NCBI GenBank assembly: GCA_008369845.1
Contig: MRSU01011094.1
Coordinates: 1-43,089 of the forward strand
From: Trichomonas gallinae
Taxonomy: Eukaryota
Direction of reading: 5' to 3'
DNA length: 43,089 bases
In this document: one piece after another, positions 17,023 through 27,926 of the stretch
Numbering within the stretch: position 1 is the stretch's first letter
Layout: each line of letters begins with the position of its first letter
Made by a program: the position numbers and the translations under genes
Notes under the pieces: generated by a model
The model's database searches: none
Seen by the model: only the letters and a program-made list of their open reading frames with translations
What the model was told of the DNA's origin: nothing

Positions 17023-18075
17023 TTATTGTTCTGCACCGTGAGCGATAAGCAATTCACGGATTTTGTTGGAAATAGCCCTCTTGTAAGCCGTGTATCCATC
17101 TCTGTTCTTAACATTCACTTGAATTCCTGGCTGTGAAAGCAAAAAGTTGACAATTTCGTAGTTATTAAGTGCGCATGAGATCATTAATGTTGTTGTTCCA
17201 GTGTGTTTTGGTGAATTTACGTCAACATTCGGAAGATTTGACAAATACTTTACAGCTTCAAGGTTTCCGTTTGTGCAGAAGCAGTAGAGAGCTGTTTGTC
17301 CTGCATCATCTCTTGATGATGGGTCTGCTCCATTATCTACGAGCATTTTGGCGAGTTTGAAGTTGTTTGTTCTAATGTAGCCAGATTCAACGAGAATGTT
17401 CTGGTTTTGATCGCCTGCATCACGTACTTCATGGTATCCATTAACAATTGCGAACTTGATTGTTTCAACATCATCTTCATTGGCAGCTTTAGCTAAGATC
17501 TTATAAATCTTTTCGAAGTTTTCCTTTGTGATGCTGCATTGAAGAAGTGCTTCGATATTTGGATTCTTATTCACATTTGAGCATGGTTCTGTGCATTCTT
17601 TAGATAATTTGTTCAAATGTTTCTTTAACTCAGAGTTTTCATAGCGAAGAGTGGAAATAATGATATCTTTGAACTTGTGTTCTTCATTAATCTTGCTCAA
17701 ATCGCGTTTGAGAATGTTGATTTCTTCAACATGCGATGGATCTTTGATTCCGTTTTGGATAAAGAACTGGAGGAATGCTGATAAGCATGTGAAGAATGTC
17801 ACATTCATTTTTTGGCCAAGAGTGAACAGCAATCTCCTAACTTGGACGATATCTTTTCCAAAGTTTACGGAGTTGTGCTGCAAGAGCTCAAACATTTGCT
17901 TTGGATCGAACTTCCTAGAAAGGTTATTGAAGAGAATGATGTCTTGTTCTACAGAAAGTTCAGCTGAATCCAAGACTTTTATAATCTCTTCCAAAGAATG
18001 ATCATTAACAAATTGCTCGTCGCCAACATACTTTTCAATGCACTTAGCCACACTACATGCGTCAAATGTAGTCAT
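17023..18075 (-). CDS. Ankyrin repeat protein (expanded trichomonad family)
   Basis: C-terminal ANK repeats (GQTALYCFCTNGNLEAVKYL, GTTTLMISCALNNYEIVNFLL, DGYTAY) after a short coiled coil. Confidence 0.9.
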   Translation of the reverse strand: MTTFDACSVAKCIEKYVGDEQFVNDHSLEEIIKVLDSAELSVEQDIILFNNLSRKFDPKQMFELLQHNSVNFGKDIVQVRRLLFTLGQKMNVTFFTCLSAFLQFFIQNGIKDPSHVEEINILKRDLSKINEEHKFKDIIISTLRYENSELKKHLNKLSKECTEPCSNVNKNPNIEALLQCSITKENFEKIYKILAKAANEDDVETIKFAIVNGYHEVRDAGDQNQNILVESGYIRTNNFKLAKMLVDNGADPSSRDDAGQTALYCFCTNGNLEAVKYLSNLPNVDVNSPKHTGTTTLMISCALNNYEIVNFLLSQPGIQVNVKNRDGYTAYKRAISNKIRELLIAHGAEQ

Positions 18076-18094
18076 ATTTTAGTGTTACTGAGAT

Positions 18095-18105
18095 AAATGA
18101 AGTGA
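18095..18105 (-). promoter_or_regulatory. Tandem Inr (TCACT-TCATTT) of the ankyrin gene
   Basis: Minus strand TCACTTCATTT about 20 bp upstream of the ATG at 18075. Confidence 0.6.
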
Positions 18106-18345
18106 ATTGTCAATAAAAATTGTATACATTTGATAAAACAGTGTCATTCAATTCTAAAATCTAGATTTTACACATCGAAGTTTTATCTATGTGAAATAGA
18201 TGTATTTAACTGATGAAAAAATTAACTTGTCACGTTTATTTCAAAATTTTCCTGACGAAGAAAAATCTTAATTTTCCTTGTATTTTTAATGCCAAGCTGA
18301 AAAATTTTTAATGTCAAGCTGAAAAAGATAGATGAAATAAGAAAC

Positions 18346-18376
18346 TTTACATGACATAAAAATTGTTTACATGGCA
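18346..18376 (+). promoter_or_regulatory. Direct pair of the recurrent motif upstream of ADI
   Basis: tttacatgaca 18346 and tttacatggca 18366, 20 bp apart. Confidence 0.6.
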
Positions 18377-18418
18377 TGCGAAAAGTGAAAAGACGATTAT
18401 CCATTGACACTTTTCAAA

Positions 18419-19666
18419 ATGCTCGCCTCTCTTTCGCGCAATATCACGTCAAAAGTTCCAAAGATCCTCGCTTCTAGTCTCAGGCAGATCTCGGAACTTG
18501 ACACTCCAACTGATATCGTTACTCATCCGCCAACAGTCGCAACGCAGTTTCCATTCCACTTGGATGCTTTCCTTTTCGATACACCACCGGACCCAATTGC
18601 TGCCCACAAGTGCCACGAAAACTTCCAGACAGCACTCGCCCAGATTTCTGGCGCTAAAGTTTGGTCCGTCTACGATATTCTTAAGAAATTAAGTGAAAAG
18701 GAACTTCGCCGCATTTTGATGGATACATGCGATATATCATTCAAAATCGACACTGATATTCAAATTGATCCGATTTCTCAGAAGATTTCACCAGAATATA
18801 TCGATTATTCACTCTCCAATCTTTCTAAGCACGATTTACTCGATCTCATCCTCCTCAATCCATCAATTCGCATCAAAGTCGACAAATCTTCGACAGGTTT
18901 CTCTTTCAAGACAATTCCTGTCTCTCCACTTTCAAATATGCTCTTCACACGCGACCAACAAATCGCTACATCCAATGGTGTCGTCATGGGCCGCTTCAAT
19001 GCACCACAGAGAACAACAGAAACTGCTTTGATGTCGCAAGTCTGGCCACTCATCGGTGTTCAGCCAATTGGATCAATTGGTGACCCAGGACATCTCGAAG
19101 GTGGTGATTTCTTCCCACTTGGATCGAATTTGGCAATGCTCGGAATCGGATTGCGTACAACAGAAGAAGCAGCCAGACAATTGATGAGGAACGATCTCAT
19201 CGGTACACAGCGCTTCGTTGTCGTTGAAGATAACCACGATAGACATCCATCTCGTGCTCATCTTGATACAGTTTTCAATGTCATCGACGAAAAGACATGT
19301 TTGTGCCTTGATGCCATTGCTGATGATGCTCCATCCTTCGAAAGATACGCACGTGTTTACGTTAAGAGAGATTCTCATTATATCATGGAAGAAAGAATTC
19401 CATTTGGCCAGTTCCTTACTAAAGAGGGCTTCAAGGTCGTCAAGTGCAACCTCAAGCAACAGTCCGAATACATGAACAACTTCATTAATCTTGGAAAAGA
19501 TTCTCATGGAGTTCCAAAGATCTTAACAAGCAATCCAGAGTTGCAGCAAGTCCTCAAGGCTAACAATGTCACTGCAAATTGCTATGACATCGACTTCAAT
19601 GCAATTACAGCGATGTCTGGAGGCCCACGTTCTACAACATTCGTCTTGAGAACAGAGTCCAACTAA
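18419..19666 (+). CDS. ADI: Arginine deiminase family protein with a hydrogenosomal-type presequence; catalytic Cys replaced by Ser
   Basis: Motifs NMLFTRDQ, LEGGD, GLRT, HLDTVF and GGPRS(T). N-terminus MLASLSRNI. First ATG at 18419. Confidence 0.9.
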   Translation: MLASLSRNITSKVPKILASSLRQISELDTPTDIVTHPPTVATQFPFHLDAFLFDTPPDPIAAHKCHENFQTALAQISGAKVWSVYDILKKLSEKELRRILMDTCDISFKIDTDIQIDPISQKISPEYIDYSLSNLSKHDLLDLILLNPSIRIKVDKSSTGFSFKTIPVSPLSNMLFTRDQQIATSNGVVMGRFNAPQRTTETALMSQVWPLIGVQPIGSIGDPGHLEGGDFFPLGSNLAMLGIGLRTTEEAARQLMRNDLIGTQRFVVVEDNHDRHPSRAHLDTVFNVIDEKTCLCLDAIADDAPSFERYARVYVKRDSHYIMEERIPFGQFLTKEGFKVVKCNLKQQSEYMNNFINLGKDSHGVPKILTSNPELQQVLKANNVTANCYDIDFNAITAMSGGPRSTTFVLRTESN

Positions 19667-20413
19667 TTTGAAAGAATTTTTTCAGTGCTAATACTATTTT
19701 AGTATTATATAACAATGAAAATTAAAATTAGAATAAATACTTAATGTCAAGTCAAAAATCTAAATAAATACGTCTACATCAATAGAACGACACGTTGGTC
19801 ATATTCATTAGCCGGAAATTCGGAAAAAAAACAGAACTGCTTTTATTGAAGCTGAATAATTATGGTATCATATTTATCTGCATATATAGAGAGTTGATAT
19901 ATGTGAATTATGAGTAAAAAATGATGAGATCTGAATTCATTCAAATCTAAAATACAATTCGGTCTATATTCAATGCATAGCATCTTCTCTGTGTGTGTAT
20001 ACATATATGAGTGTTATTTATGTTCACATTCATGTATAGATTGCTCAACAACTTGAAAGTAAGTGTTCTGGCTGAGAAGACTTGTATCTATATTGATTTA
20101 TTACTATTTTACTGTTTCTAGCTGGATCAATATTTACTTTGTCAGTTGAAATCTTTGAATAAAAAAACAATTATCGTCGAACTATCTATTTTAAGCAAGT
20201 ATTGACTTATATAAGATATAAAAGGATCAATTATTAAGAGTTTGAAGGTTTCGATGAAACTTTTGTATTTTGATCGGAAAGTTTTTATAGGCATTGAAGT
20301 CTTCTAACATTTAATTTGTATTAATACGTGGATAATTTGCTAGATTTAGACGAAAATGAAAGAAAAAAAACTAATTAATTTTGCATGGAAAGATAGAGGG
20401 ATAGAAAGATTAT

Positions 20414-21826
20414 TTATTCATCATTGTCAGCATTATATAACACATCACCTGACAAATGATTAGGATTATTATAGAAGTTATTATTGTTGGTAGAAACCAA
20501 GATTGAGTTGGCAATATCAGCACCATCATCAGAATCTTGATATTCTTCTTCAAAGGCCTGATCCACATAAGAGAATCCAGCCAAGTTCTCAGCTGATCCT
20601 AAGACTGGCATAACAAAAGAATCAGCTGCTTGTTCCTTGGTGAATTCAGGATCAAAGTTGTTGGCATCTGTTGGGTTTTCGTTTGAAGGCAAGAAGCGAG
20701 GCTGGACTTTCTTGTGGAGGACATCGTCCCAATTTAAGCCTTCGAAGAACTTCATTGTCTTGAGTTGCTCGAAGCCTGGGCGCTTGCGTGGGTCCTTTGT
20801 CAGCATGGCCTTCATGAAATCGACTGCGTCTGGGTTGAATCTTGATGGGAACTGTGGCTCCTTTTCGAGGATGTTCTTGAATAGCATTGCGCGGTTCTGG
20901 TGAGCAAATGGTGTTGTGGCGAACAAGAGCTCGTATGTGAGGATGCCCAATGACCACCAGTCAACAGCGTAAGAGTAATCTTTGCGGTTGACGATTTCTG
21001 GGGCTAAATACTCTGTTGTGCCGCAGAATGTAGAAGTGTGCAACTCGTGGGCGAGATTCTTCGAGAGTCCAAAGTCCGTAAGCTTGATATGTCCTTCAGC
21101 GTCAAGCAAGACGTTCTCTGGCTTGAGGTCTCTGTAGATGACGCCTAAGCTGTGCAAGTGATCCAAGGCGAGTGCAATTTCTGCGATGTAAATTCTGCAA
21201 TCGTCAAGGCGGATGCTTCCCATCTTCTGCATGTGGTAGAAGAGTTCGCCACCTGGAACGTATTCAAGGCCGAGGTAGAACTTGGATGGGGTCTGGAATG
21301 CAAACTTCAAGTTGACGATGAAAGGATGATTTGCCTTTGCAAGAATGTTTCTCTCGGAAATAACTGTTGTAACTTTGTTGGACTGGATGAGACGGGATTT
21401 GTGGATTGTCTTAATAGCAAATATTTCATTCGTCAAGATGTGTTCGCACAACATAACTTTTCCATAGAATCCTCTGCCGATCACCTTGAGAACCTTGAAG
21501 TCGGACATCTTGAGCTGTGGATTTGAAAGTGTGCATCCTCTCAATGCGAGAATCCAGCGCATCAACATTTCTGTGCTTGGTGTTTCAAAGATATGATCCT
21601 TTCCGGCATCATCCCTGATCTTGAATCTTGGATTGTTGACTTCATCTACAATCTCAATGACTGTTGTTGGCTGGATTTCGAATTGGAATTCCAATTTCGT
21701 CTTCAAGCCATCTTTGTAGACGCGGAAGTCAGTACCGTGAAGGACGCAGTATCTCTTGGGCCAAAAAGCAAGGAATTTAAAACGCTTAAGCCATCCACTG
21801 GTATGAATGACTTGGGTTTCGCACAT
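20414..21826 (-). CDS. AGC-family Ser/Thr kinase with N-terminal PH domain (Akt/PKB-like)
   Basis: PH (SGWLKR...WPKRYCVL...RWILAL), GRGFYGKV, AIK, YRDLKPEN, DFG, TFCGTTEYLAPE, NFDPEFT and a hydrophobic-motif-like LAGFSY. Confidence 0.92.
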   Translation of the reverse strand: MCETQVIHTSGWLKRFKFLAFWPKRYCVLHGTDFRVYKDGLKTKLEFQFEIQPTTVIEIVDEVNNPRFKIRDDAGKDHIFETPSTEMLMRWILALRGCTLSNPQLKMSDFKVLKVIGRGFYGKVMLCEHILTNEIFAIKTIHKSRLIQSNKVTTVISERNILAKANHPFIVNLKFAFQTPSKFYLGLEYVPGGELFYHMQKMGSIRLDDCRIYIAEIALALDHLHSLGVIYRDLKPENVLLDAEGHIKLTDFGLSKNLAHELHTSTFCGTTEYLAPEIVNRKDYSYAVDWWSLGILTYELLFATTPFAHQNRAMLFKNILEKEPQFPSRFNPDAVDFMKAMLTKDPRKRPGFEQLKTMKFFEGLNWDDVLHKKVQPRFLPSNENPTDANNFDPEFTKEQAADSFVMPVLGSAENLAGFSYVDQAFEEEYQDSDDGADIANSILVSTNNNNFYNNPNHLSGDVLYNADNDE

Positions 21827-23039
21827 CCTTAATTTTTAATCTAAAAAATTTTTTTTTCTACTGTTTTTTCTTCTGAATTTAATTTTAAAAATTTTTAATG
21901 CTTTTTGATTGGTGATCACAATTAACTTATGACCGCTTATTACCACTTTTTGTGACAAAACAAATCTTATTTTAAAAATGCTGCAAAATATGTGAATAGC
22001 AAGGAAGATATCAACCGCTTTCTGAAATAATTTAAAAAAAGACAAAGAAAAAGTTTGAGTTTTTGAATGGTTCTGATTCGAAATGCGATAGCTTTTATTT
22101 TGGATTGAAATGAATGTATATATCAAATTAGTAATATTTATTATTCAACGAATAACGTATCTTTTATTGGAAAATTTTATATAGGTCCATTATTATAATT
22201 GCAAACAGATTTATGAATAAAAAAAAAAAGATGGAGATCAACTTTTCATCGTCATCATGAAAATTGAGATAAAATTTTTATTTTTTGAGATGAATACAGG
22301 CGTGCGAGCATCAAATATAATTAGAAATAATGATTGATAATGGTGAAAAAACATATTCAATAGTTTTAAAATATCAAAATTGACTTAAAAATTATCGGTT
22401 CCTTATGGAATTATTTTCAATTATTTGTCTCGAATTTTGGATTTAATAATTAAGCTATAGTCGCCTCAATTAATTATCATGTTTGTTTTTAAGAAAAGTG
22501 ATTGTATCCTTTTATCTCAGAAAAATCTCTAAAATTATTTTCAAAAAAATGTTATAGCTATAATGAATATAAATACCGATATAACAATTGCATTTAAATT
22601 ATGACCAATTTACTCTCAAATTTCATAGTGCAAGGCCATAATAATTAAACATGGTGTACATATGTATTAAATGATTATCTGCTTATTTTTTAATGAATCC
22701 GCAATTATAAACTATTTTAAATTAAAATAATATTCAATGTGATAATTTGGTCAATTGTCTGATTTATCGCCAAACCCTATTACACTTATAACATATAGTT
22801 GTACTATGCTTTGTTGTATCGTTTTTGCTATTATATAACCAACAGTTTCGATTTTTTTTTTTTTGGTGTAAATTTTTTTACGATCTAGGTATCCATTTTT
22901 ATTACAGATGTATTTAAATTACACATATATTTTACTATTTATTGACACTCTTAAAATTGGCGCAGCGTAAAATTGAAATGAATTCAATTTTCAAATTTAA
23001 TGAACCACATGTCTAGTTATTAGAATTTCAATCTCAAGA

Positions 23040-23900
23040 GCCTATATGTTATCATGGTACCTGTTCCAGTCAATGGCTGCTTGTATCAGCATCTACCGCT
23101 GGGGAATTATGCATCTCCTTCGATCTTCCAAGTCTTCTTCCATTGCATATATATTCAATGGTTCAAACTGAGTTTATTTAATATTTCCACAATGGATTTC
23201 TGCCATCACATTTTTTCATTCTCGGTTATTCGCACTAAAAGAGGCCAATATCCATGCAAATGCTATATATAGTTTGATTAGAAGTTATGGCAAATGTGAA
23301 ATTGTAATATTTCCAACCACCAAAGAATTTTTTAAAATTTAGTGGTTATTCTCGCTATGGATTATACATGAATATATTATATCTAATGTTTCCAGTTATT
23401 TTCTTATGTAGAACACATAATATTCATTCATGACCTACTAATTTCATGAAAGCAAGAAAAAGAAAACGGTATTATTATGTGAGAATCTTTCAACACAGTT
23501 ATAATGCAATATAACATCTTACTTCTGAGATTTGCTGATGATTTGCGCAATAGATTAAGTATAATTCGAATGAATTCAAACAAATATTATTTTCATTATA
23601 TTATCAAAGCGTTCTATCTTGGTATCACATAATAAAGTCATTTTCGGTTCAAATATATATATAAGCCCCTAATAATGATTGATATATATTCTCACGAACT
23701 TTATCAATGGTATCAGATTGCATACGAATTCATAAGGACACTCAAAATATATTATCAGCTTTATGCATCATTTTCCGCACAAAATATTTAATTTCCGATG
23801 CCCATCAAATAAAGACTTTCCAAAACCCTGCATTTTCACTTTCAACAATATTTTGGAGCTGTTCTATTCAGACTTCACACTTCGATAATTTTCCCAAATA
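23040..23900 (-). pseudogene. Possible decayed coding sequence in the long kinase-GH3 intergenic region
   Basis: Minus-strand protein-like stretches broken by stops: ...NIVESENAGFWKVFI*... (about 23850-23795) and LIKLYIAFAWILASFSANNRE*KNVMAEIHCGNIK*TQFEPLNIYAMEEDLEDRRRCIIPQR*MLIQAAIDWNRYHDNI* (about 23280-23043). Confidence 0.25.
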
Positions 23901-23961
23901 AAGCACGTGACCGTAACTGTTCGATAAGCAAACTTTATGACTCTAAAAATATTGGAATTTT

Positions 23962-23992
23962 TGTTATGTAAAATATTAATCTGTCATGTAAA
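23962..23992 (-). promoter_or_regulatory. Direct pair of the recurrent motif
   Basis: On +: tgttatgtaaa 23962 and tgtcatgtaaa 23982, 20 bp apart. Confidence 0.5.
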
Positions 23993-25210
23993 GATACGTT
24001 ATTTCAAAAAAAAACTTGGGTACATTTTCATGAAGGCAAAGCTATCATTTCAAGAGTAAAAGAATTCTCTTTGAATAAAAAGGATAGCACACAAGTTCTT
24101 TTACCAGATAATTTATTCTCAGTCATAGCTTCTTACTTTTTACAAAAAAATATATTAGATATAAATTATATCTCGTATTTACACCATATCATTGTTGCCA
24201 AATCTTCTCTTTTACAATAATACCTCGATAACCCCTGAAAAATATAGAAAGTCGTATTTTAAGCAAACAAAAAACAGCGAATTTTGCTCTTTTATCAAGA
24301 ATTCGACTTGTAATTTGTCTTTTTATTATACATATCTTAATCAAAACTTTGGTTTTCCATTATAATAAGATGAAATACATAAAATGATCCATAAACAAGT
24401 GTAATACGAAGATTAAAATACAATTATCATGTCTGTACGCCATCCAACAGAAAGAAATCATATTACAGAGATGAAATTCTGTTTGTTTTGGCGTTATTCC
24501 ACATGTATAGCTCCTTAAAATTATTACATTCCAATTATCCCATCCGATAAAACATACATTAATACATTGATTTAATCTACAACACTAAAATAAAAAATTA
24601 TTTTTCCTGTTTATCATATTTCCGATTTTTATTGTTATGCCCATATTCAATGGCTAAAACAACCCTTATCTGTATATTTAAAATTTCGAAAATCCATGAT
24701 TTTTAAAGCAGAGAATTTAAAATTTCAAAAAAATCCATAATAAAAATGTGTTTTTTTCATACGTTTATTTTCAAAAATTAGCTTGGCACTCAGGAAAAAA
24801 GCGCGACAATCTCAGTTTAACACACACAAGTGCGTTACTATAGCATAGATAACAATATCTATTATATTATTTCGAACCCAGCTAAATCAATTCAGATTAT
24901 CCGTATCATTTTATGAAAAAAATACATTTTTAACATAGCAGCACCACTCGACTACAATATAAATCCATTAACACTTCATTTACTCCGCATATATATGCTA
25001 GTTATTAATATAATGCCAAAAAAATAATCTTTTTTTCAACAATTTATATTATTCACACAAAAGTACAACACGAAGTATCAATAAATATGTATTTCACAAA
25101 CAATTAACCTATATATTAAAACACATTTGAGAAATGAAGATTATTCTTTTTCATAAAATCAGTTTTTGACAACTGTTAATAGCAAAAAATGACTGCAGAA
25201 ACAAATTCCT

Positions 25211-25490
25211 TAATTATATGCCAAAATACTTACCTGATTATAGTATCTTATGTAATGAATTTTTATTTAAACAGTAGTTGTTATTTTTCTTGATCCAAAT
25301 CCTCATATCTCATGGAATTCTTTATAAGGTTTACATGGTTAGCTTTGTTTGTTATTAATTGAATTATCAACTCCCAAAAGGCCTTATGAACCTCTTAGAT
25401 ATCCTAATGGTAAGATCTATACCATGGGTAGATACTATAAGCAGAATACTAGCCCGATTTCTACGCTATAGATTTGGCGAAGTACCTTTT
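25211..25490. mobile_element. Dispersed ~270-bp element, copy 1 (MITE-like or TE terminal fragment)
   Basis: Colinear with 33150-33413 over its full length, with shared blocks such as gaatttttatttaaacagt, catggaattctttataaggtttacatggtt, agatctataccatgggtagatacta and tttggcgaagtacctttt. Short imperfect inverted ends gccaaaat / atttggc. Confidence 0.7.
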
Positions 25491-25500
25491 GTAAAATATA

Positions 25501-25605
25501 TTTGTCATGTAACAATTTGAGATTTTTGTCATGTAAATGAAATTATTGACAAGTAAACTGAATTTGAATTAAAATGAAATGACAGATTTTCTATTTACAT
25601 GTCAA
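25501..25605. promoter_or_regulatory. Cluster of the recurrent motif upstream of GH3
   Basis: tgtcatgtaa 25503, tgtcatgtaaa 25527, tgacaagtaaa 25547, tttacatgtcaa 25594. Confidence 0.6.
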
Positions 25606-25787
25606 TAATTAAAATATTCCAGATGGTTGAGATGATTAAGAATAAACTCAGCATTTCATATGTTGTAATTCTCATCTACTGTTTCTATTGGATCATTCGT
25701 TAACATAACATATGAAGTAGTACACAAATGAAAACATATGAAAAAACGATGAAGAAAAAAAAAAAAAAAAAATCGAAAAACGTGACA

Positions 25788-27455
25788 ATGGTTAGGAAGG
25801 TTAATCCACAAGCTGCAGCTACAATCATCGGTATCATTATTTGTACCGCTCTTGGAGCTTTCTCTGTCTATAGGACATTAAATATCGAAAATAGCTTATA
25901 CACACGCGCGAACAGAATTCTATATAAAATGACATTGGAACAGAAAGTTGGCCAACTGTTTTTAATGGACTTGACAGACAAAAAGCTAACAGACTATGAT
26001 CGCGAAATGCTCAAAAAACATCCATTCGGCAATTTTATTTTAATGGGCAAAAATCTCGGAACAATCGAACAAACTTCTAAATATGTCAAAGATCTCCAAA
26101 ACTACTCAATGGAGACATTCGGAGTTCCAGCTTTCATCACAATAGATCAGGAAGCTGGTTCAATTGTCAGATTATCTGAAAACGTAACACTTTTCCCAGG
26201 TGCGATGTCTCTTGCTGCAACAGATAGCCTCGATAATGCATATACAATCTCCAAACTCATGGCAAAAGAGCTTCGTGCTGCCGGAATTAATCTTAATCAT
26301 GCACCAGACACAGATGTAAACAGTGACCCTGAAAATCCAATCATTGGCGATCGCTCGTTTGGAGATGATCCAAACAAGGTTATTGATTACCTTAAAGTTT
26401 ATATCAAGGGACATCATGACTCTGGAGTAATGACAACAGCTAAACATTATCCAGGACATGGAGCTACAAAGGTTGACTCACACAAAGCTTTGCCAACAAT
26501 TGAACACAATTATACCGAATTTATGAAAATCGATATTCCACCGTTCGTTGCTGCTGCAAAGAATGGTGTTGACTCAATCATGGTTGGACATCTTATTACA
26601 CCACTCGATGAAGAGAACGCTTGCACATTATCAAAGAAATGCGTTGATTACCTTAGAAATGAAATCAAATATGATGGAATTCTCATCACAGATAGCATGC
26701 AGATGAAGGCTATTGTTCAAAACAACATCAACGAGTCAATTGCTACTGCTCTCAGAGCTGGTATCAATATGATCTGCGACTGTGGCGGCGACAAATTCGA
26801 TGATGAGTACTACAGTGTTATCGATTATGTTGTTGAGCAAGTTAAAGCCGGAAATATCTCTCAAAAGATCATTGATGACTCTGCAAGAACAATTATCATG
26901 GGCAAATTAAAGATTCTTGATGCTACAGATCCATCATCAGTTGATATTGAAGCTGATAAGAAGGAAGCTGCTAGAGTTAGCCAGGAAAGCATTGCTCTTG
27001 TTAAAAATGAAAATAATCTCATCCCACTCGACAAAGCCCGCAAGATTTCAGTCATTGAGGCTCAATCTGTCAGCCAGCTTTCAACAAAGAGCTTTACAGA
27101 TCTCCTCAAGGAAGCGATTCCAGAACTTAATTTCTCTTCAATGACTTTCAATTATAATCCAAGCCAAGAACAGATCACCAATGCTAAGAAGACAGCAGCC
27201 GACTCAGAAGTTGTTATTCTCTTAACAAACAAAGCTAATTTCGTTAAAACACAAACTTGGCTCGTTGGCAATGTTACAAGTGCCAACAAGAACGTAATAG
27301 GTGTGTCAATCGCTGATCCATACGAAGTCATTGCCTTCAAAGATTTCGCCGCTCATGTTGTTGCATTCGATAGATCACCAAACTCTCTCATTTCTGCTTT
27401 GAATGTTATCCTTGGAAAGTTCAAGGCTACTGGAAAAGTTCCATTCCAGTACTAA
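25788..27455 (+). CDS. GH3 beta-N-acetylhexosaminidase (two-domain NagZ type) with an N-terminal membrane anchor
   Basis: MTLEQKVGQLF, IDQEAGSIVRL, NHAPDTDVN...IGDRSFG, the NagZ signature KHYPGHGATKVDSH (26442-26483), nucleophile ITDSM, and C-terminal domain SIALVKNENNLIPL...GKVP. TMD AAATIIGIIICTALGAFSVY. The upstream poly-A-encoded K run suggests a start at 25788. Confidence 0.9.
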   Translation: MVRKVNPQAAATIIGIIICTALGAFSVYRTLNIENSLYTRANRILYKMTLEQKVGQLFLMDLTDKKLTDYDREMLKKHPFGNFILMGKNLGTIEQTSKYVKDLQNYSMETFGVPAFITIDQEAGSIVRLSENVTLFPGAMSLAATDSLDNAYTISKLMAKELRAAGINLNHAPDTDVNSDPENPIIGDRSFGDDPNKVIDYLKVYIKGHHDSGVMTTAKHYPGHGATKVDSHKALPTIEHNYTEFMKIDIPPFVAAAKNGVDSIMVGHLITPLDEENACTLSKKCVDYLRNEIKYDGILITDSMQMKAIVQNNINESIATALRAGINMICDCGGDKFDDEYYSVIDYVVEQVKAGNISQKIIDDSARTIIMGKLKILDATDPSSVDIEADKKEAARVSQESIALVKNENNLIPLDKARKISVIEAQSVSQLSTKSFTDLLKEAIPELNFSSMTFNYNPSQEQITNAKKTAADSEVVILLTNKANFVKTQTWLVGNVTSANKNVIGVSIADPYEVIAFKDFAAHVVAFDRSPNSLISALNVILGKFKATGKVPFQY

Positions 27456-27926
27456 AGATATATAAAATATTATAATTTCAATAACTTGATCTATCTTTAT
27501 TTCAGTTTACAGAATCAACTATTTGATTCTATTCTTTCAACACAATGATCCTTTTATAATCCCAATGATGATATTTTTTTTTGAATAGAAATATTAAATT
27601 AAATTGATAATAGTAAGTGTAAAAATAATGATATTCACATGATATATCATATAATTCTAGCTTGTATATATATGAAATCCAGATAATATTTTTTTCGATA
27701 ATAAAATTTAGGTTTTCATTGATTTTTACAATGATATCGATATAATTCTCGAAGAGTGTTGCTTAAACATATAAGCAAAAATATGATATAGCAAAATTTT
27801 TGAAGAATATCAAAATTATCACAAAATCGTTTTTTTAATCCAAAAATTAGCTTTATTAACACACAAAGAATATAGAAATGATGGTAAAATTGTTTTCCAA
27901 ACTTGACGTTTAATTTTTTTTAAAAA

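Noticed and set aside
25226..25236. ATACTTACCTG, identical to the 5' end of U1 snRNA (minus strand: a perfect CAG|GTAAGT donor), plus an Sm-like AATTTTTGG at 33392 in copy 2
   Set aside because: It lies inside the dispersed element, and copy 2 reads ATTCTTACCTG. No U1-70K or U1A loop motifs are visible, the Sm-like site is too far downstream and is not conserved in copy 1, and no matching branch point/acceptor was seen.
25728..25787. Poly-Lys N-terminus (NLS-like) on the GH3 enzyme
   Set aside because: It is encoded by a homopolymer A run like other intergenic runs (about 38990, 40680); the likely start is 25788.
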